Origin: an uncultured Alphaproteobacteria bacterium
Lineage (GTDB): Bacteria; Pseudomonadota; Alphaproteobacteria; RF32; CAG-239
Length of the DNA stretch: 64,000 nt
Reading direction: 5' to 3'
Assembly: GCA_944391615.1 (NCBI GenBank)
Contig: CALXUE010000002.1
Span: 57,485-121,484 of the forward strand
This document shows, in pieces, positions 21,027-30,514 of the stretch. The notes under the pieces are model-generated. The model worked only from the letters and a program-made list of their open reading frames with translations, searched no databases and was not told the DNA's origin. How positions within the stretch are numbered: the first letter of the stretch is position 1; each line of letters opens with the position of its first letter. A program made the position numbers and the translations under genes.

Positions 21027-21640
21027 TGAAAAAACAACAAGATAAAAAAGATAGTTTAATCAAAATGACCTTGGCTCTGACCCTAATAACGGTTGTCTCA
21101 GCCTTAATATTGGGTTACACATACGAAATTACCAAAAAACCGATAGCCGAGGCCGAAAATCGAGCTGAATTAGCAGCTATTGAGGCCGTTATCGGCACAG
21201 ATTATGACAATAATCCCTATCAGGATAAAATGCTCATTCCGACAAAACACGGCAAAGAAAAGCTAGAACTTTATCCTGCGCGCAAAAACGGAAAAATCAC
21301 ATCATTTGCCATGAAAACGTTTTCAAATCAAGGATTTGGCGGAAAAATTGAATTAATAGTCGGCTTTAATATAAACGGACGTATATTGAATTACCAAATT
21401 CTCTCAAGCAAAGAAACACCTGGACTTGGCTCCAAAATATCAGAAAATAAATTTAAGAGCCAATTCAAAGGATTTGTAGCAAGAACTTCAAGTTTTAAAG
21501 TAACAAAAGATGGTGGAGACATTGACGGTGTAACTGCAGCCACCATCAGCTCCCGCGCCGTCATAGATGCTATAAACCGCGCTTACGGAGCTTATAAAAA
21601 ACTAAATCGGGGAGAAAATAAAAATGAACAAAAACATTAG
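21026..21640 (+). CDS. rnfG: Rnf complex subunit G
   Basis: ETPGLG, IDGVTAATISS FMN-binding motif. Confidence 0.9.
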   Translation: MKKQQDKKDSLIKMTLALTLITVVSALILGYTYEITKKPIAEAENRAELAAIEAVIGTDYDNNPYQDKMLIPTKHGKEKLELYPARKNGKITSFAMKTFSNQGFGGKIELIVGFNINGRILNYQILSSKETPGLGSKISENKFKSQFKGFVARTSSFKVTKDGGDIDGVTAATISSRAVIDAINRAYGAYKKLNRGENKNEQKH

Positions 21641-22223
21641 TATAGAAAACCTAACCCGAGGAATAATCAAAGAAAATCCAACACTGGTCATGTTGCTCGG
21701 AATGTGCCCGACATTGGGCGTATCAACTTCTGCCGAAAACGGATTAGGCATGGGGCTGGCCACTCTGTTTGTGCTGATATTATCAAATTTCGGGATATCT
21801 GTTTTGAAAAATCTCATTCCGGAAGGTGTGAGAATACCTTGCTATATTATTGTAATAGCATCATTTGTTACAGTTATTGAAATGCTCATGGCCGCATGGT
21901 TTCCGGCTTTGTACAAATCATTAGGTATTTACATACCCTTAATTGTCGTTAACTGCATCATTTTGGGCAGAGCAGAGGCTTTTGCATCCAAAAACAATGC
22001 ATTCCAGTCTGTTTTAGACGCTATTGGAATGGGAATAGGCTTTACATTATCTTTAACCGTGCTAGGCAGTATCCGCGAAATTTTGGGAGCAGGGAGCTTT
22101 TTTGGAATTTCGTTGTTCGGAGAAGAGGCCAAAACCATTCTGCTGTTCATTATGCCACCGGGAGCTTTTCTGGCCCTGAGTTTTATGATAATAATGTTTA
22201 ACAAAATACGCGGAGTAAAATAA
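21624..22223 (+). CDS. rnfE: Rnf complex subunit E
   Basis: LGMCPTLGV, IPLIVVNCIILGRAEAFA. Confidence 0.95.
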   Translation: MNKNISIENLTRGIIKENPTLVMLLGMCPTLGVSTSAENGLGMGLATLFVLILSNFGISVLKNLIPEGVRIPCYIIVIASFVTVIEMLMAAWFPALYKSLGIYIPLIVVNCIILGRAEAFASKNNAFQSVLDAIGMGIGFTLSLTVLGSIREILGAGSFFGISLFGEEAKTILLFIMPPGAFLALSFMIIMFNKIRGVK

Positions 22224-22799
22224 ATGAGTTATTTAAGTATCTTTATAGCGGCAATTTTTGTAAACAACATTGTTTTATCACAATTTTTAGGAATATGCCC
22301 ATTTCTTGGCGTTTCCAAAAAAACATCAACCGCACTGGGAATGGGCTTAGCCGTCATGTTTGTCATGACTTTATCTTCCATTGTTACCTATTTGATATAT
22401 CACAATTTTATTATCAAGTATGGCTTAGAGTTTATGACAACGGTCGTCTTTATTTTGGTAATTGCTTCGTTGGTGCAAATAGTTGAAATTATTTTAAGAA
22501 AAGTTTCACCGGCCTTATATCAGGCTCTAGGAATTTTCTTGCCGTTAATCACAACCAATTGCGCAGTTTTAGGAATTGCCTTATTAACAGTACAAAAGAA
22601 TATGGGCTTAACACAAAGTATTGCTTATTCACTTGCAAATGCCATGGGGTTTACTTTAGCAATTGTATTATTTGCAGGTATGAGAGAAAGATTAGCCAAG
22701 AGCAAACTTCCTCAAGCGCTCCAAGGCACGCCGATAGCATTAATCACGGCTGGCCTGTTATCTATGGCCTTTATGGGATTTTCAGGTGTCGGAAATTAA
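22224..22799 (+). CDS. rnfA: Rnf complex subunit A
   Basis: FLGICPFLGVS, LPLITTNCAVLG. Confidence 0.95.
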   Translation: MSYLSIFIAAIFVNNIVLSQFLGICPFLGVSKKTSTALGMGLAVMFVMTLSSIVTYLIYHNFIIKYGLEFMTTVVFILVIASLVQIVEIILRKVSPALYQALGIFLPLITTNCAVLGIALLTVQKNMGLTQSIAYSLANAMGFTLAIVLFAGMRERLAKSKLPQALQGTPIALITAGLLSMAFMGFSGVGN

Positions 22800-22805
22800 T
22801 TTAAC

Positions 22806-23444
22806 TTAAGAGAGTAATGATTTGATTTTTAATATAATTTCATCAAACATTTCATAAGTTAAAACGCCGGTATTAATATTGTATCGAGATGTGTGATAAG
22901 AATCAACCATCAACAGATTATGCTTGTCCAAAGAGTGAACCGCACCATGCTTAAATTTGAGAGCTGACTTTTTATAGCCCAAAACACTTAAAACAGCATT
23001 ATGAGCGATTCCTCCAAGGACAAGAATAATTTTTAGGTTTTTCATAGAGTTAATTTCTGATATTAAGAATTTGCCGCAAGTTTTCACCTCTTCACCGGTT
23101 GGTTTATTTTCGGGCGGTACACAACGCACAGAATTAGTAATTCTGAAATTAATCAATTCAAAACCATCATCTTTACGTTTTTGATAAATTCCTTGAGCAA
23201 AACCATGCTTTTTCAAAATAGGATAGAGCACATCACCGGCATAATCATTAGTAAATGGGCGAGCTGTCTGGTTAGCGCCATGTAATCCGGGAGCCAATCC
23301 AACCACCAAAACCTCAGCATCAATAGAGCCGAAAGGAGGCACGGGACCATTATAATAATTCGGAAATTTCAATTGGTTAGCATGTCTAAATTCAACCAAT
23401 CTTGGACAATAAGAACAATTTTTATCCGGACAAACAAAGCTCAT
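22806..23444 (-). CDS. Uracil-DNA glycosylase family 5 (Fe-S)
   Basis: CSYCPRL, GLAPGLHGANQTARPF, RCVPPENKP, YHTSRYN. Confidence 0.85.
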   Translation of the reverse strand: MSFVCPDKNCSYCPRLVEFRHANQLKFPNYYNGPVPPFGSIDAEVLVVGLAPGLHGANQTARPFTNDYAGDVLYPILKKHGFAQGIYQKRKDDGFELINFRITNSVRCVPPENKPTGEEVKTCGKFLISEINSMKNLKIILVLGGIAHNAVLSVLGYKKSALKFKHGAVHSLDKHNLLMVDSYHTSRYNINTGVLTYEMFDEIILKIKSLLS

Positions 23445-23597
23445 TTTATTTCCTCTATTAAAAAAAATACAATTTTTATGCATAACAGCACTTTAAATTC
23501 TATTTTTATTGATTAAGTAACACAGCGTATCATTCAGTATTTAATGATAACACATATTAATTAATAAAATCTATTTATATATAAATGGAGTAAAAAG

Positions 23598-24176
23598 ATG
23601 AAAAAAATGTTACTTTTAGCGACTTCCGCATGCTTATTTGCCATGAATGCACAAGCAAGTGACATGATGAAAGAAATGAGACCTTATGTTGGTATAGATT
23701 ATGCTTATAGCGATGCAGATATCTCTAAAATCGACAACAAGCAGTATTTTAACCACCAATTCAACACTGGTGACATCAACGTTGGTGTCAGAATGGGTAA
23801 ATACATGGGTGTTGAAGCTTTCTTCCAAAAATCCATGGAAGAAAAGAAAACTGTGTTTAACACCATTAAAACCAAGGCAGACTTTTATGCCTATGGTCTT
23901 GATTTGATGGGATATATGCCTGTTCATGAAAAAATCGAGCTCATCGGAGCATTAGGTGTTGCACAATATGATGTAACAGCCAAAGCACGTAACACTGAAA
24001 CAGGTGCAAAAATTCACAATGATGATAGCGGCTTTGGAATTCGTATGGGAGCCGGTGTACAATATAACATCACCGACAACGTTGCCGTTCGTGCATTAGG
24101 CCGTTACACATGGTTGGATGTTGACAACGTCAACCACTTAAAAGAATTCGTAATTGGTGCAAGATATTCATTCTAA
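23598..24176 (+). CDS. Outer-membrane beta-barrel (OmpA-like transmembrane/porin family)
   Basis: Signal peptide, PYVG, GAGVQYN, C-terminal ARYSF. Confidence 0.85.
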   Translation: MKKMLLLATSACLFAMNAQASDMMKEMRPYVGIDYAYSDADISKIDNKQYFNHQFNTGDINVGVRMGKYMGVEAFFQKSMEEKKTVFNTIKTKADFYAYGLDLMGYMPVHEKIELIGALGVAQYDVTAKARNTETGAKIHNDDSGFGIRMGAGVQYNITDNVAVRALGRYTWLDVDNVNHLKEFVIGARYSF

Positions 24177-24199
24177 AAGCATCAATAAATTCAAACATG

Positions 24200-24234
24200 A
24201 AACATCCTTTCTTGTGCATAAGAAAGGATGTTTA
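24200..24234 (+). terminator. Intrinsic terminator
   Basis: aaacatcctttct...agaaaggatgtttt inverted repeat. Confidence 0.65.
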
Positions 24235-24323
24235 TTTTGTGTATAAATAAGGAAAAACATAGAAAAAGCCATTAAAATAACTAAACTATAAAGAAATAAA
24301 ACCAAAAGAAGAGGTAAGGTCAA

Positions 24324-24671
24324 ATGATTTCACGCTTTCAAACTTATGTTTTAACAACATTTTTTGTATTATTTTTATTAGCCTTGTCATACATGTATAA
24401 CATAACGCCTGTTCTCGATTATGCCGAAAGCGTTTATTATAATGCCCAAAACATATATATATTAATACCAGCACTTATCAGCACGATAGTATTAATGAAA
24501 CAAGGGGGATACTGGCTGTTTATGTTTATCTGCGCCTTAGCTGATTCATTTTACATCTGCTATGATATGGGAGTAGGGATGAGCAATATGAGTTTTTTCA
24601 TCTTAAACATTGTCACCTTTTTAGGAATAGCCTTTTTGATTAATACCGTAATCGCCTTAATAAAAGGATAA
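24324..24671 (+). CDS. Small membrane protein
   Basis: GAGG RBS, about four hydrophobic segments. Confidence 0.6.
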   Translation: MISRFQTYVLTTFFVLFLLALSYMYNITPVLDYAESVYYNAQNIYILIPALISTIVLMKQGGYWLFMFICALADSFYICYDMGVGMSNMSFFILNIVTFLGIAFLINTVIALIKG

Positions 24672-24726
24672 GAGAGAAAAGAGCACTTTCAGTAATTTTA
24701 AGAGGCTTAAGATTAAAATTCGAGTT

Positions 24727-24757
24727 GCCGGAAACTTACGTTTCCGGTATTTTTTTT
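24727..24757 (+). terminator. Intrinsic terminator
   Basis: ccggaaac-ttac-gtttccgg followed by T run. Confidence 0.65.
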
Positions 24758-25411
24758 GCCTAAAATCAATAACAAATCAGCCTCAAAGAAAAGTAAAAGC
24801 ATTTAGATAAAACAAACACAAAACATAGACAAAACACACAGTTTCAATAAACAAACCATAGACAAAAACAACACATAAATAAAATTATTCAGTAAAATCA
24901 ATAGAATATAGATATTGAAATAAAAACAAAGAGCAGGGTGAAGATAAAAAAACTTAAAAATGATTAAAATAAAATTATTCAATGAACATAACATAAGACA
25001 AAGCCAAGATAATGAGCAATTAGCAAATCAGCCTGTTTACTGAGGAATATTTATTTCTAGACTTCATAAGTTCTATGGATACTTAAAACATACATATTTT
25101 ATATAAGGAGAATATCAGTGCCGCATACATAAAATGCCAATATTTTATAGAAGAACTCTATTATATATGCAGGAATCTTTGTAACAATTATTTTCTTATA
25201 AATCATATATTCTATAACACTTATATTCTTATAACTCAAATTTTCAATATTGCATATTTTTAATAACACACATTATCTTATGACTAGTAATTTCATAACA
25301 ACACCTATATTCAAATCCATACAAAACACATACGTTTATCATGAAGCATACATACGGCTACTTTGGAACATAAAAATGCCTATATTTTTCCCCTCTTCTC
25401 CATAACACGTT

Positions 25412-25439
25412 TTGTCGCATAATATATATTCAGAGGCTA
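25412..25439 (+). other. attL: dif-like site (XerC arm, spacer, degenerate XerD arm)
   Basis: TTGTCGCATAA-TATATA-TTCAGAGGCTA. Confidence 0.88.
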
Positions 25440-25750
25440 TATCATCAACAGCCAGAAAACAAGACAAAGCAATACGACTACTTGACAAAATAATAAATAA
25501 ATATTTCAAAATATTTGAATTAATACAAAACGAAAAAACAAAATCAAGACAAGCACTAATACACAACAATAAGAACCTAAAAAGTCTATTAATATACAGA
25601 CTTGTAACAAAATACTACTTACGCGAAAGATACGGAACGATTAATCCGACAGAACTTTCAAACCTCAAAGAAAAAACACACAAAAAAATAAAAAATATAA
25701 TGTCCGAAATCGGGCAAAACATAAAAAAAATAAACGAAATCAAAATCTAA
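25412..25750 (+). CDS. Phage hypothetical basic protein whose 5' end overlaps att (ATG restored on excision)
   Basis: 112-aa ORF MSHNIYSEAI... starting at the TTG of attL; the equivalent position in attR is ATG with an upstream RBS. Confidence 0.6.
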   Translation: MSHNIYSEAISSTARKQDKAIRLLDKIINKYFKIFELIQNEKTKSRQALIHNNKNLKSLLIYRLVTKYYLRERYGTINPTELSNLKEKTHKKIKNIMSEIGQNIKKINEIKI

Positions 25751-25771
25751 TTAATTAAAGGAGTAAAAAAA

Positions 25772-26068
25772 ATGGAAAATTCAGCTAACAAAACAGAAAA
25801 ATCAAAAGTTGTAAATAAAATGAGATTTTACGCGATATTTGACAAGAAAAGCGAAAAATTTTTCACACCAAACGTAAAACCAAACAATGCATGCGCTTTG
25901 CGTGACTTAGAAAGTTTCTGCAAAAGCAAAAACAGCATAATCGGACAATTTCCGAAAGATTTTTCAATGTATTATCTCGGATATATTGACGAAGACAATG
26001 GGGAAATGTTCGGAGAAAAACAATTAATAGGAGAGGCACAAGACTATGTCGAAATCGAAAACAACTAA
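25772..26068 (+). CDS. Microvirus nonstructural protein VP5
   Basis: FYAIFDKK...FPKDFSMYYLGYIDEDNG; AGGAG RBS. Confidence 0.8.
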   Translation: MENSANKTEKSKVVNKMRFYAIFDKKSEKFFTPNVKPNNACALRDLESFCKSKNSIIGQFPKDFSMYYLGYIDEDNGEMFGEKQLIGEAQDYVEIENN

Positions 26069-26147
26069 TTTACTCAATGAAATAGTAAAATATTTAGGTT
26101 GGGTAATCGTCGCAGTGCAAGAACTTGTAAAAGTAATTGCAGAATAA
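26046..26147 (+). CDS. Small amphipathic phage peptide (33 aa)
   Basis: Manual translation MSKSKTTNLLNEIVKYLGWVIVAVQELVKVIAE; GGAGAGG RBS; ends at terminator. Confidence 0.5.
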   Translation: MSKSKTTNLLNEIVKYLGWVIVAVQELVKVIAE

Positions 26148-26181
26148 AAAAAAAGGGCGTGATTTTTCACGCCTTAATTTT
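26146..26181. terminator. Phage hairpin terminator
   Basis: A run-gggcgtga-ttt-tcacgcctt-aatttt. Confidence 0.5.
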
Positions 26182-26210
26182 AATAACAAGAAAGGAAAGG
26201 AAAAAATGTC

Positions 26211-26294
26211 ATGCAAAACTTTAGTAGAACAGCCATTAAAACAAAAAAAATCAATGTCAGACCGAAAGTCTCTTTCGGCGGGAAAAGATTTTAA
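26211..26294 (+). CDS. Microvirus DNA-binding protein VP8 (27 aa)
   Basis: Manual translation MQNFSRTAIKTKKINVRPKVSFGGKRF; resembles the gokushovirus VP8 F.RTA.KTK.IN..P...GG.R. pattern; below the ORF-track cutoff. Confidence 0.75.
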   Translation: MQNFSRTAIKTKKINVRPKVSFGGKRF

Positions 26295-26351
26295 GATATT
26301 AAAAAAAATCAAAATACCTACTTTATACATCAATTTCGAAAGGTTAGGATA

Positions 26352-26816
26352 ATGAAAATTGAAAATACAACTTATGATAGAACTAAAAAAACGCCGTTTA
26401 ACGGTTGGAATAAAATTAACAAATGTTGCATCACTTATGATGACAATTCTAAAATTCGTAGAAATGGCAAAGAAATAAGTCTTCAAGAATTTATAAATGC
26501 AAATAACCAAGACTGCACAATTTACCAAGTATATGACAAATACATGGGAAATATGAAATTGACACAACAAGCACTTTGCAACATTTCGCATAAAGTAGCA
26601 GACGAATTGTCAGGAATGGACTTGGCAACAGCATTGAATACGATGAACAAAGCTGAACAAGCTTGGAATAATTTACCACAAGCAATTAAACAAGAATTTG
26701 GAAACAGTGTCCAAGCGTTCCAAAAAAACGGTTTACAATGGGCAAAAAATAAAATTGCAGAATTTAACAAACCGAAACAAAAAGTTACTGAAGAAAAAAA
26801 AGAAAATAAGGAGTAA
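26352..26816 (+). CDS. Microvirus internal scaffolding protein VP3
   Basis: DLATALN..AEQAWNNLPQAIKQEFGNS VP3-like motif; immediately upstream of VP1. Confidence 0.7.
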   Translation: MKIENTTYDRTKKTPFNGWNKINKCCITYDDNSKIRRNGKEISLQEFINANNQDCTIYQVYDKYMGNMKLTQQALCNISHKVADELSGMDLATALNTMNKAEQAWNNLPQAIKQEFGNSVQAFQKNGLQWAKNKIAEFNKPKQKVTEEKKENKE

Positions 26817-26822
26817 TACACA

Positions 26823-28511
26823 ATGGCAAGAAACGAAGAAATCTCAGTTTATGGAATACCAGAAGTATACAAAAACCGCTATAATCACCAATATACATGT
26901 CGGAGAAAAACAACCTTCAACATAGGCGATATCGTACCGATTTATACCTCTATTTTGGTACAACCGGGAGATACAATCTCACTCAATGCACGTTCATTCT
27001 TTAGATTGACGACCTCACTATTTCCGCCTATGGACAATTTAACCGCGGACATATTCTGTTTTGCAGAAGATTGGCAAAATGTTTGGGAACACACAAAGGA
27101 ATTCTGGGGAGAAGATGAAGCAACACCATTTGATGAATTACCAGAATACACCGTGCCACAAATAGAAATAACGCCAACAGATGAAATTTTGCATAATGAT
27201 ATTTTGCATCACATATCATTACCACAAATGAAAGCAGACGAAGCCGCAATTCCTGAAATAACTCGCGTAAATAACATATCCGTAGAAGCTTTATCATATA
27301 GAACGTATATAGATATTTATAATAGATTTTTCCGAGACCAAAACTATATAACAAAATATGACCTTGAAACAGGAGATACACAAACAAAACCCGAAAATGG
27401 AACATGGGCAGGCAAAAAAAGAGCAAGAACTCTTTTAAAAGCGGCCAGATTGCACGACTATTTCTCAGGAACACCAGAAGCTCAAAAAGGTGACCCAGAA
27501 ACATTGCCTCTTGGAACAAGCGCACCAATCATAGGAACAGGGACAATCATAGGAAACGGAAAACCAGTAACTTGGACAAATGCTGACGGGACAAGTTCGA
27601 CTAATATTGCAACCGCGGCCTCAGGTGACGGGGAATTAAGACTAGCACCGTCATCCGGCTTGATTTCAACTATGTACGCTCCAACAGACGCAGCAGACGC
27701 ATACTTAAAACTTGATATGACGAACACTCAAGTTGACCTTGCGAATGCAGTCGCGAGTACCTTAAACGCTCTAAGGCTTGTAACAGCCAACCAGCACATT
27801 AAAGAAGAGTTAATGTGGTACGGCTCACGATTTGAAGAAATCATCTTTAGCCAATGGGGCGTTAGCATGGACGCGACCTCATTCCGTATTCCTGAATATC
27901 TTGGCGGAAAACGTATTTCTTTAAATATGGACACTGTTTTACAGACATCAAGCACAGACGCCGAAAGCCCACAAGGTAACGCGGCAGGATATTCCGTGAC
28001 TTTTGATGAAGACCATCTATTCACAAAATCATTTAAAACATGGCAAATTTTGATGATTTTAGTAGTGGTAAGACAAGACCACACATACTCATATGGCGTA
28101 GCAAATCAACACCTTAAAAAACGCAAATTTGACTTTTATTGGGATAAATTTGACGGATTAGGCGCACAGCCAAGAAGTAAAGCCGAACTTGCATTAACTG
28201 GAACAGATTCCGATAATGACACTTGGAACTTTGCGCCAGCTTGGAGAGAATACATCTCAGAAGTTGACCGCGCAACGGGTTTAATGGTGCCAGGGGTAGA
28301 AAACAGCCTTGCAAACTACACCTATAACGATGAATACACCAGTGTACCAAACTCAGGCGAAGAATGGATTAATGAAATTCCGAACTATGTCGACCGTACC
28401 TTGGTTGTACCATCATCAACAACAGACCAAATTATGGCTGATTTTGTTTTTGAAATCAACAAAACATCTATTATCAAAAATTACAAATTGCCAGGATTGG
28501 ACAAGCTCTAA
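26823..28511 (+). CDS. Microvirus major capsid protein VP1
   Basis: KTTFNIG...VQPGDT, PPMDNL, YNRFFRDQN, HDYF, RIPEYLGG, TKSF, AWREY; 562 aa. Confidence 0.93.
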   Translation: MARNEEISVYGIPEVYKNRYNHQYTCRRKTTFNIGDIVPIYTSILVQPGDTISLNARSFFRLTTSLFPPMDNLTADIFCFAEDWQNVWEHTKEFWGEDEATPFDELPEYTVPQIEITPTDEILHNDILHHISLPQMKADEAAIPEITRVNNISVEALSYRTYIDIYNRFFRDQNYITKYDLETGDTQTKPENGTWAGKKRARTLLKAARLHDYFSGTPEAQKGDPETLPLGTSAPIIGTGTIIGNGKPVTWTNADGTSSTNIATAASGDGELRLAPSSGLISTMYAPTDAADAYLKLDMTNTQVDLANAVASTLNALRLVTANQHIKEELMWYGSRFEEIIFSQWGVSMDATSFRIPEYLGGKRISLNMDTVLQTSSTDAESPQGNAAGYSVTFDEDHLFTKSFKTWQILMILVVVRQDHTYSYGVANQHLKKRKFDFYWDKFDGLGAQPRSKAELALTGTDSDNDTWNFAPAWREYISEVDRATGLMVPGVENSLANYTYNDEYTSVPNSGEEWINEIPNYVDRTLVVPSSTTDQIMADFVFEINKTSIIKNYKLPGLDKL

Positions 28512-28783
28512 TGGCTGAAAGTTTGGATTTATACATAGCCGAAATTGATGAGTTGGCGGGAAAAGTCCAAGCAGACTTGGTGCGTGCAGTAGACAACTAT
28601 TGCACGCTTTACCAAGCAATGCAAGACATTAAACCAACTGTCAAAAAAGAAAAACCGAACTATGACAAAGAAATCATAAAAAAGCTACAAAATGCAAGCT
28701 ATTCGGACAATTTGTTTAATAAAAAAATTCTTAAAAAGAAAGGGTTGAAAAAATGGGATTATTTAGCTCTATTGGCGGAATAA
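28511..28783 (+). CDS. Phage hypothetical protein
   Basis: 90-aa ORF coupled to the VP1 stop (TAATG). Confidence 0.55.
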   Translation: MAESLDLYIAEIDELAGKVQADLVRAVDNYCTLYQAMQDIKPTVKKEKPNYDKEIIKKLQNASYSDNLFNKKILKKKGLKKWDYLALLAE

Positions 28784-29418
28784 TTAACGATTTGACAGGC
28801 GTATCATCAAGTGCAAATCAAGGTTTTAAATATTCACAAGCTTTATCAAACCTCAATTTCGAACAACAAAAATATTTTGCACAAAATGCACACCAAATGG
28901 AAATGGCAGACCTCCAAAAAGCAGGACTCAACCCTGCATTAACCGCAACCGGTGGTTCAGGTGCTTCCGCAAGCGGGGGAGGAGGCATAGCCGGAAATGG
29001 TGGATCGCCAACGGCGAACATATTCGGTATTATGTCAGAATTAGCAGGAGTATTTAACGCAACTAAACAAACCAATGCAAACACCGAGCTACAAGGCGCA
29101 CAAGCAATTAAAACGCTTGCAGAAACAAAAAATCTACCTCAAGAGCTTAAAAATGACACTATGCGAGCACTTGCCGACAAAATGAACGCCGAAACAGGCG
29201 CAACAAATGCAAAGACAAACCAATGGAACGCATGGAACAACGAATATAACAATATGACTAATAGATTGCAATATCTACTTGATGAAAAACGCGCAAATGC
29301 TGGAAAACTCGGCGAATGGGTAGGAGCTGAAAACGCATCTAAAGTAACACGCGGAAAATATTCATTACCGAGAATGTTTTTCGACCTTCTATTCGATGGG
29401 CAAATTCCAAAATTTTAA
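28753..29418 (+). CDS. Microvirus DNA pilot protein VP2
   Basis: Gly-rich N-terminus, AHQMEMADLQKAGLNPAL signature, coiled-coil repeats. Confidence 0.88.
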   Translation: MGLFSSIGGIINDLTGVSSSANQGFKYSQALSNLNFEQQKYFAQNAHQMEMADLQKAGLNPALTATGGSGASASGGGGIAGNGGSPTANIFGIMSELAGVFNATKQTNANTELQGAQAIKTLAETKNLPQELKNDTMRALADKMNAETGATNAKTNQWNAWNNEYNNMTNRLQYLLDEKRANAGKLGEWVGAENASKVTRGKYSLPRMFFDLLFDGQIPKF

Positions 29419-29544
29419 AACACAAACAAAAATTAATTGAATTAATAAAATAAAAAGAAAAATGCAAAAAGGAATAAAACAGCGAGCCAAAAAATTGCCA
29501 ATAGTCCAATTAAAACCGCGTGAAATATCTTTTTTGTTAAACAT
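29389..29544 (-). CDS. Antisense single-TM phage peptide (51 aa; second copy 30109-30264)
   Basis: Manual translation MFNKKDISRGFNWTIGNFLARCFIPFCIFLFILLIQLIFVCVLKFWNLPIE; GAGG 7 nt upstream. Confidence 0.45.
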   Translation of the reverse strand: MFNKKDISRGFNWTIGNFLARCFIPFCIFLFILLIQLIFVCVLKFWNLPIE

Positions 29545-29576
29545 GTCAAAACCTCAGTCAATAGGAGTTAAAAGTA

Positions 29577-29732
29577 ATGTACGGAGCAAATAATAACACA
29601 AATAATTTATACGGTCAAGACAATGGATTTGATAGAATTAAAAGCGGAATTAATAACGCAAAATCTATTAAATCGGGCTATGACAAAATCAATGACATAG
29701 CTAAATCAATATTAGCAATGATTGCAGGTTAA
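29577..29732 (+). CDS. Small phage protein (51 aa; second copy 30297-30452)
   Basis: AGGAG RBS; MYGANNNTNNLYGQDNGFDRIKSGINNAKSIKSGYDKINDIAKSILAMIAG. Confidence 0.55.
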   Translation: MYGANNNTNNLYGQDNGFDRIKSGINNAKSIKSGYDKINDIAKSILAMIAG

Positions 29733-29880
29733 AAAAATGACCCAAAAGGACAGGGTATAAGCTTATACACCGATATTTTTAATTAATCGGTGTCACTGGG
29801 CGGTATAGTATCAAGGCGCACAAGCAATTAAAACGCTTGCAGAAACAAAAAATCTACCTCAAGAGCTTAAAAATGACACT

Positions 29881-30138
29881 ATGCGAGCACTTGCCGACAA
29901 AATGAACGCCGAAACAGGCGCAACAAATGCAAAGACAAACCAATGGAACGCATGGAACAACGAATATAACAATATGACTAATAGATTGCAATATCTACTT
30001 GATGAAAAACGCGCAAATGCTGGAAAACTCGGCGAATGGGTAGGAGCTGAAAACGCATCTAAAGTAACACGCGGAAAATATTCATTACCGAGAATGTTTT
30101 TCGACCTTCTATTCGATGGGCAAATTCCAAAATTTTAA
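29881..30138 (+). pseudogene. Duplicated C-terminal fragment of VP2
   Basis: Identical to the last 85 aa of VP2; created by the duplication. Confidence 0.75.
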
Positions 30139-30514
30139 AACACAAACAAAAATTAATTGAATTAATAAAATAAAAAGAAAAATGCAAAAAGGAATAAAAC
30201 AGCGAGCCAAAAAATTGCCAATAGTCCAATTAAAACCGCGTGAAATATCTTTTTTGTTAAACATGTCAAAACCTCAGTCAATAGGAGTTAAAAGTAATGT
30301 ACGGAGCAAATAATAACACAAATAATTTATACGGTCAAGACAATGGATTTGATAGAATTAAAAGCGGAATTAATAACGCAAAATCTATTAAATCGGGCTA
30401 TGACAAAATCAATGACATAGCTAAATCAATATTAGCAATGATTGCAGGTTAAAAAAATGACCCAAAAGGACAGGGTATAAGCTTATACACCGATATTTTT
30501 AATTAATCGGTGTC

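Noticed and set aside
24803-24994. Hydrophobic minus-strand ORF next to the prophage
   Set aside because: Explained by A/C-rich low-complexity plus strand; no clear RBS
26137-26352. 71-aa ORF in the track
   Set aside because: Spans a terminator and overlaps the better-supported VP8 frame
27709-27718. Plus-strand AACTTGATAT in VP1 resembling the phiX174 origin
   Set aside because: No flanking hairpin noticed and no junction support; kept only as an alternative to the 30515-30552 origin
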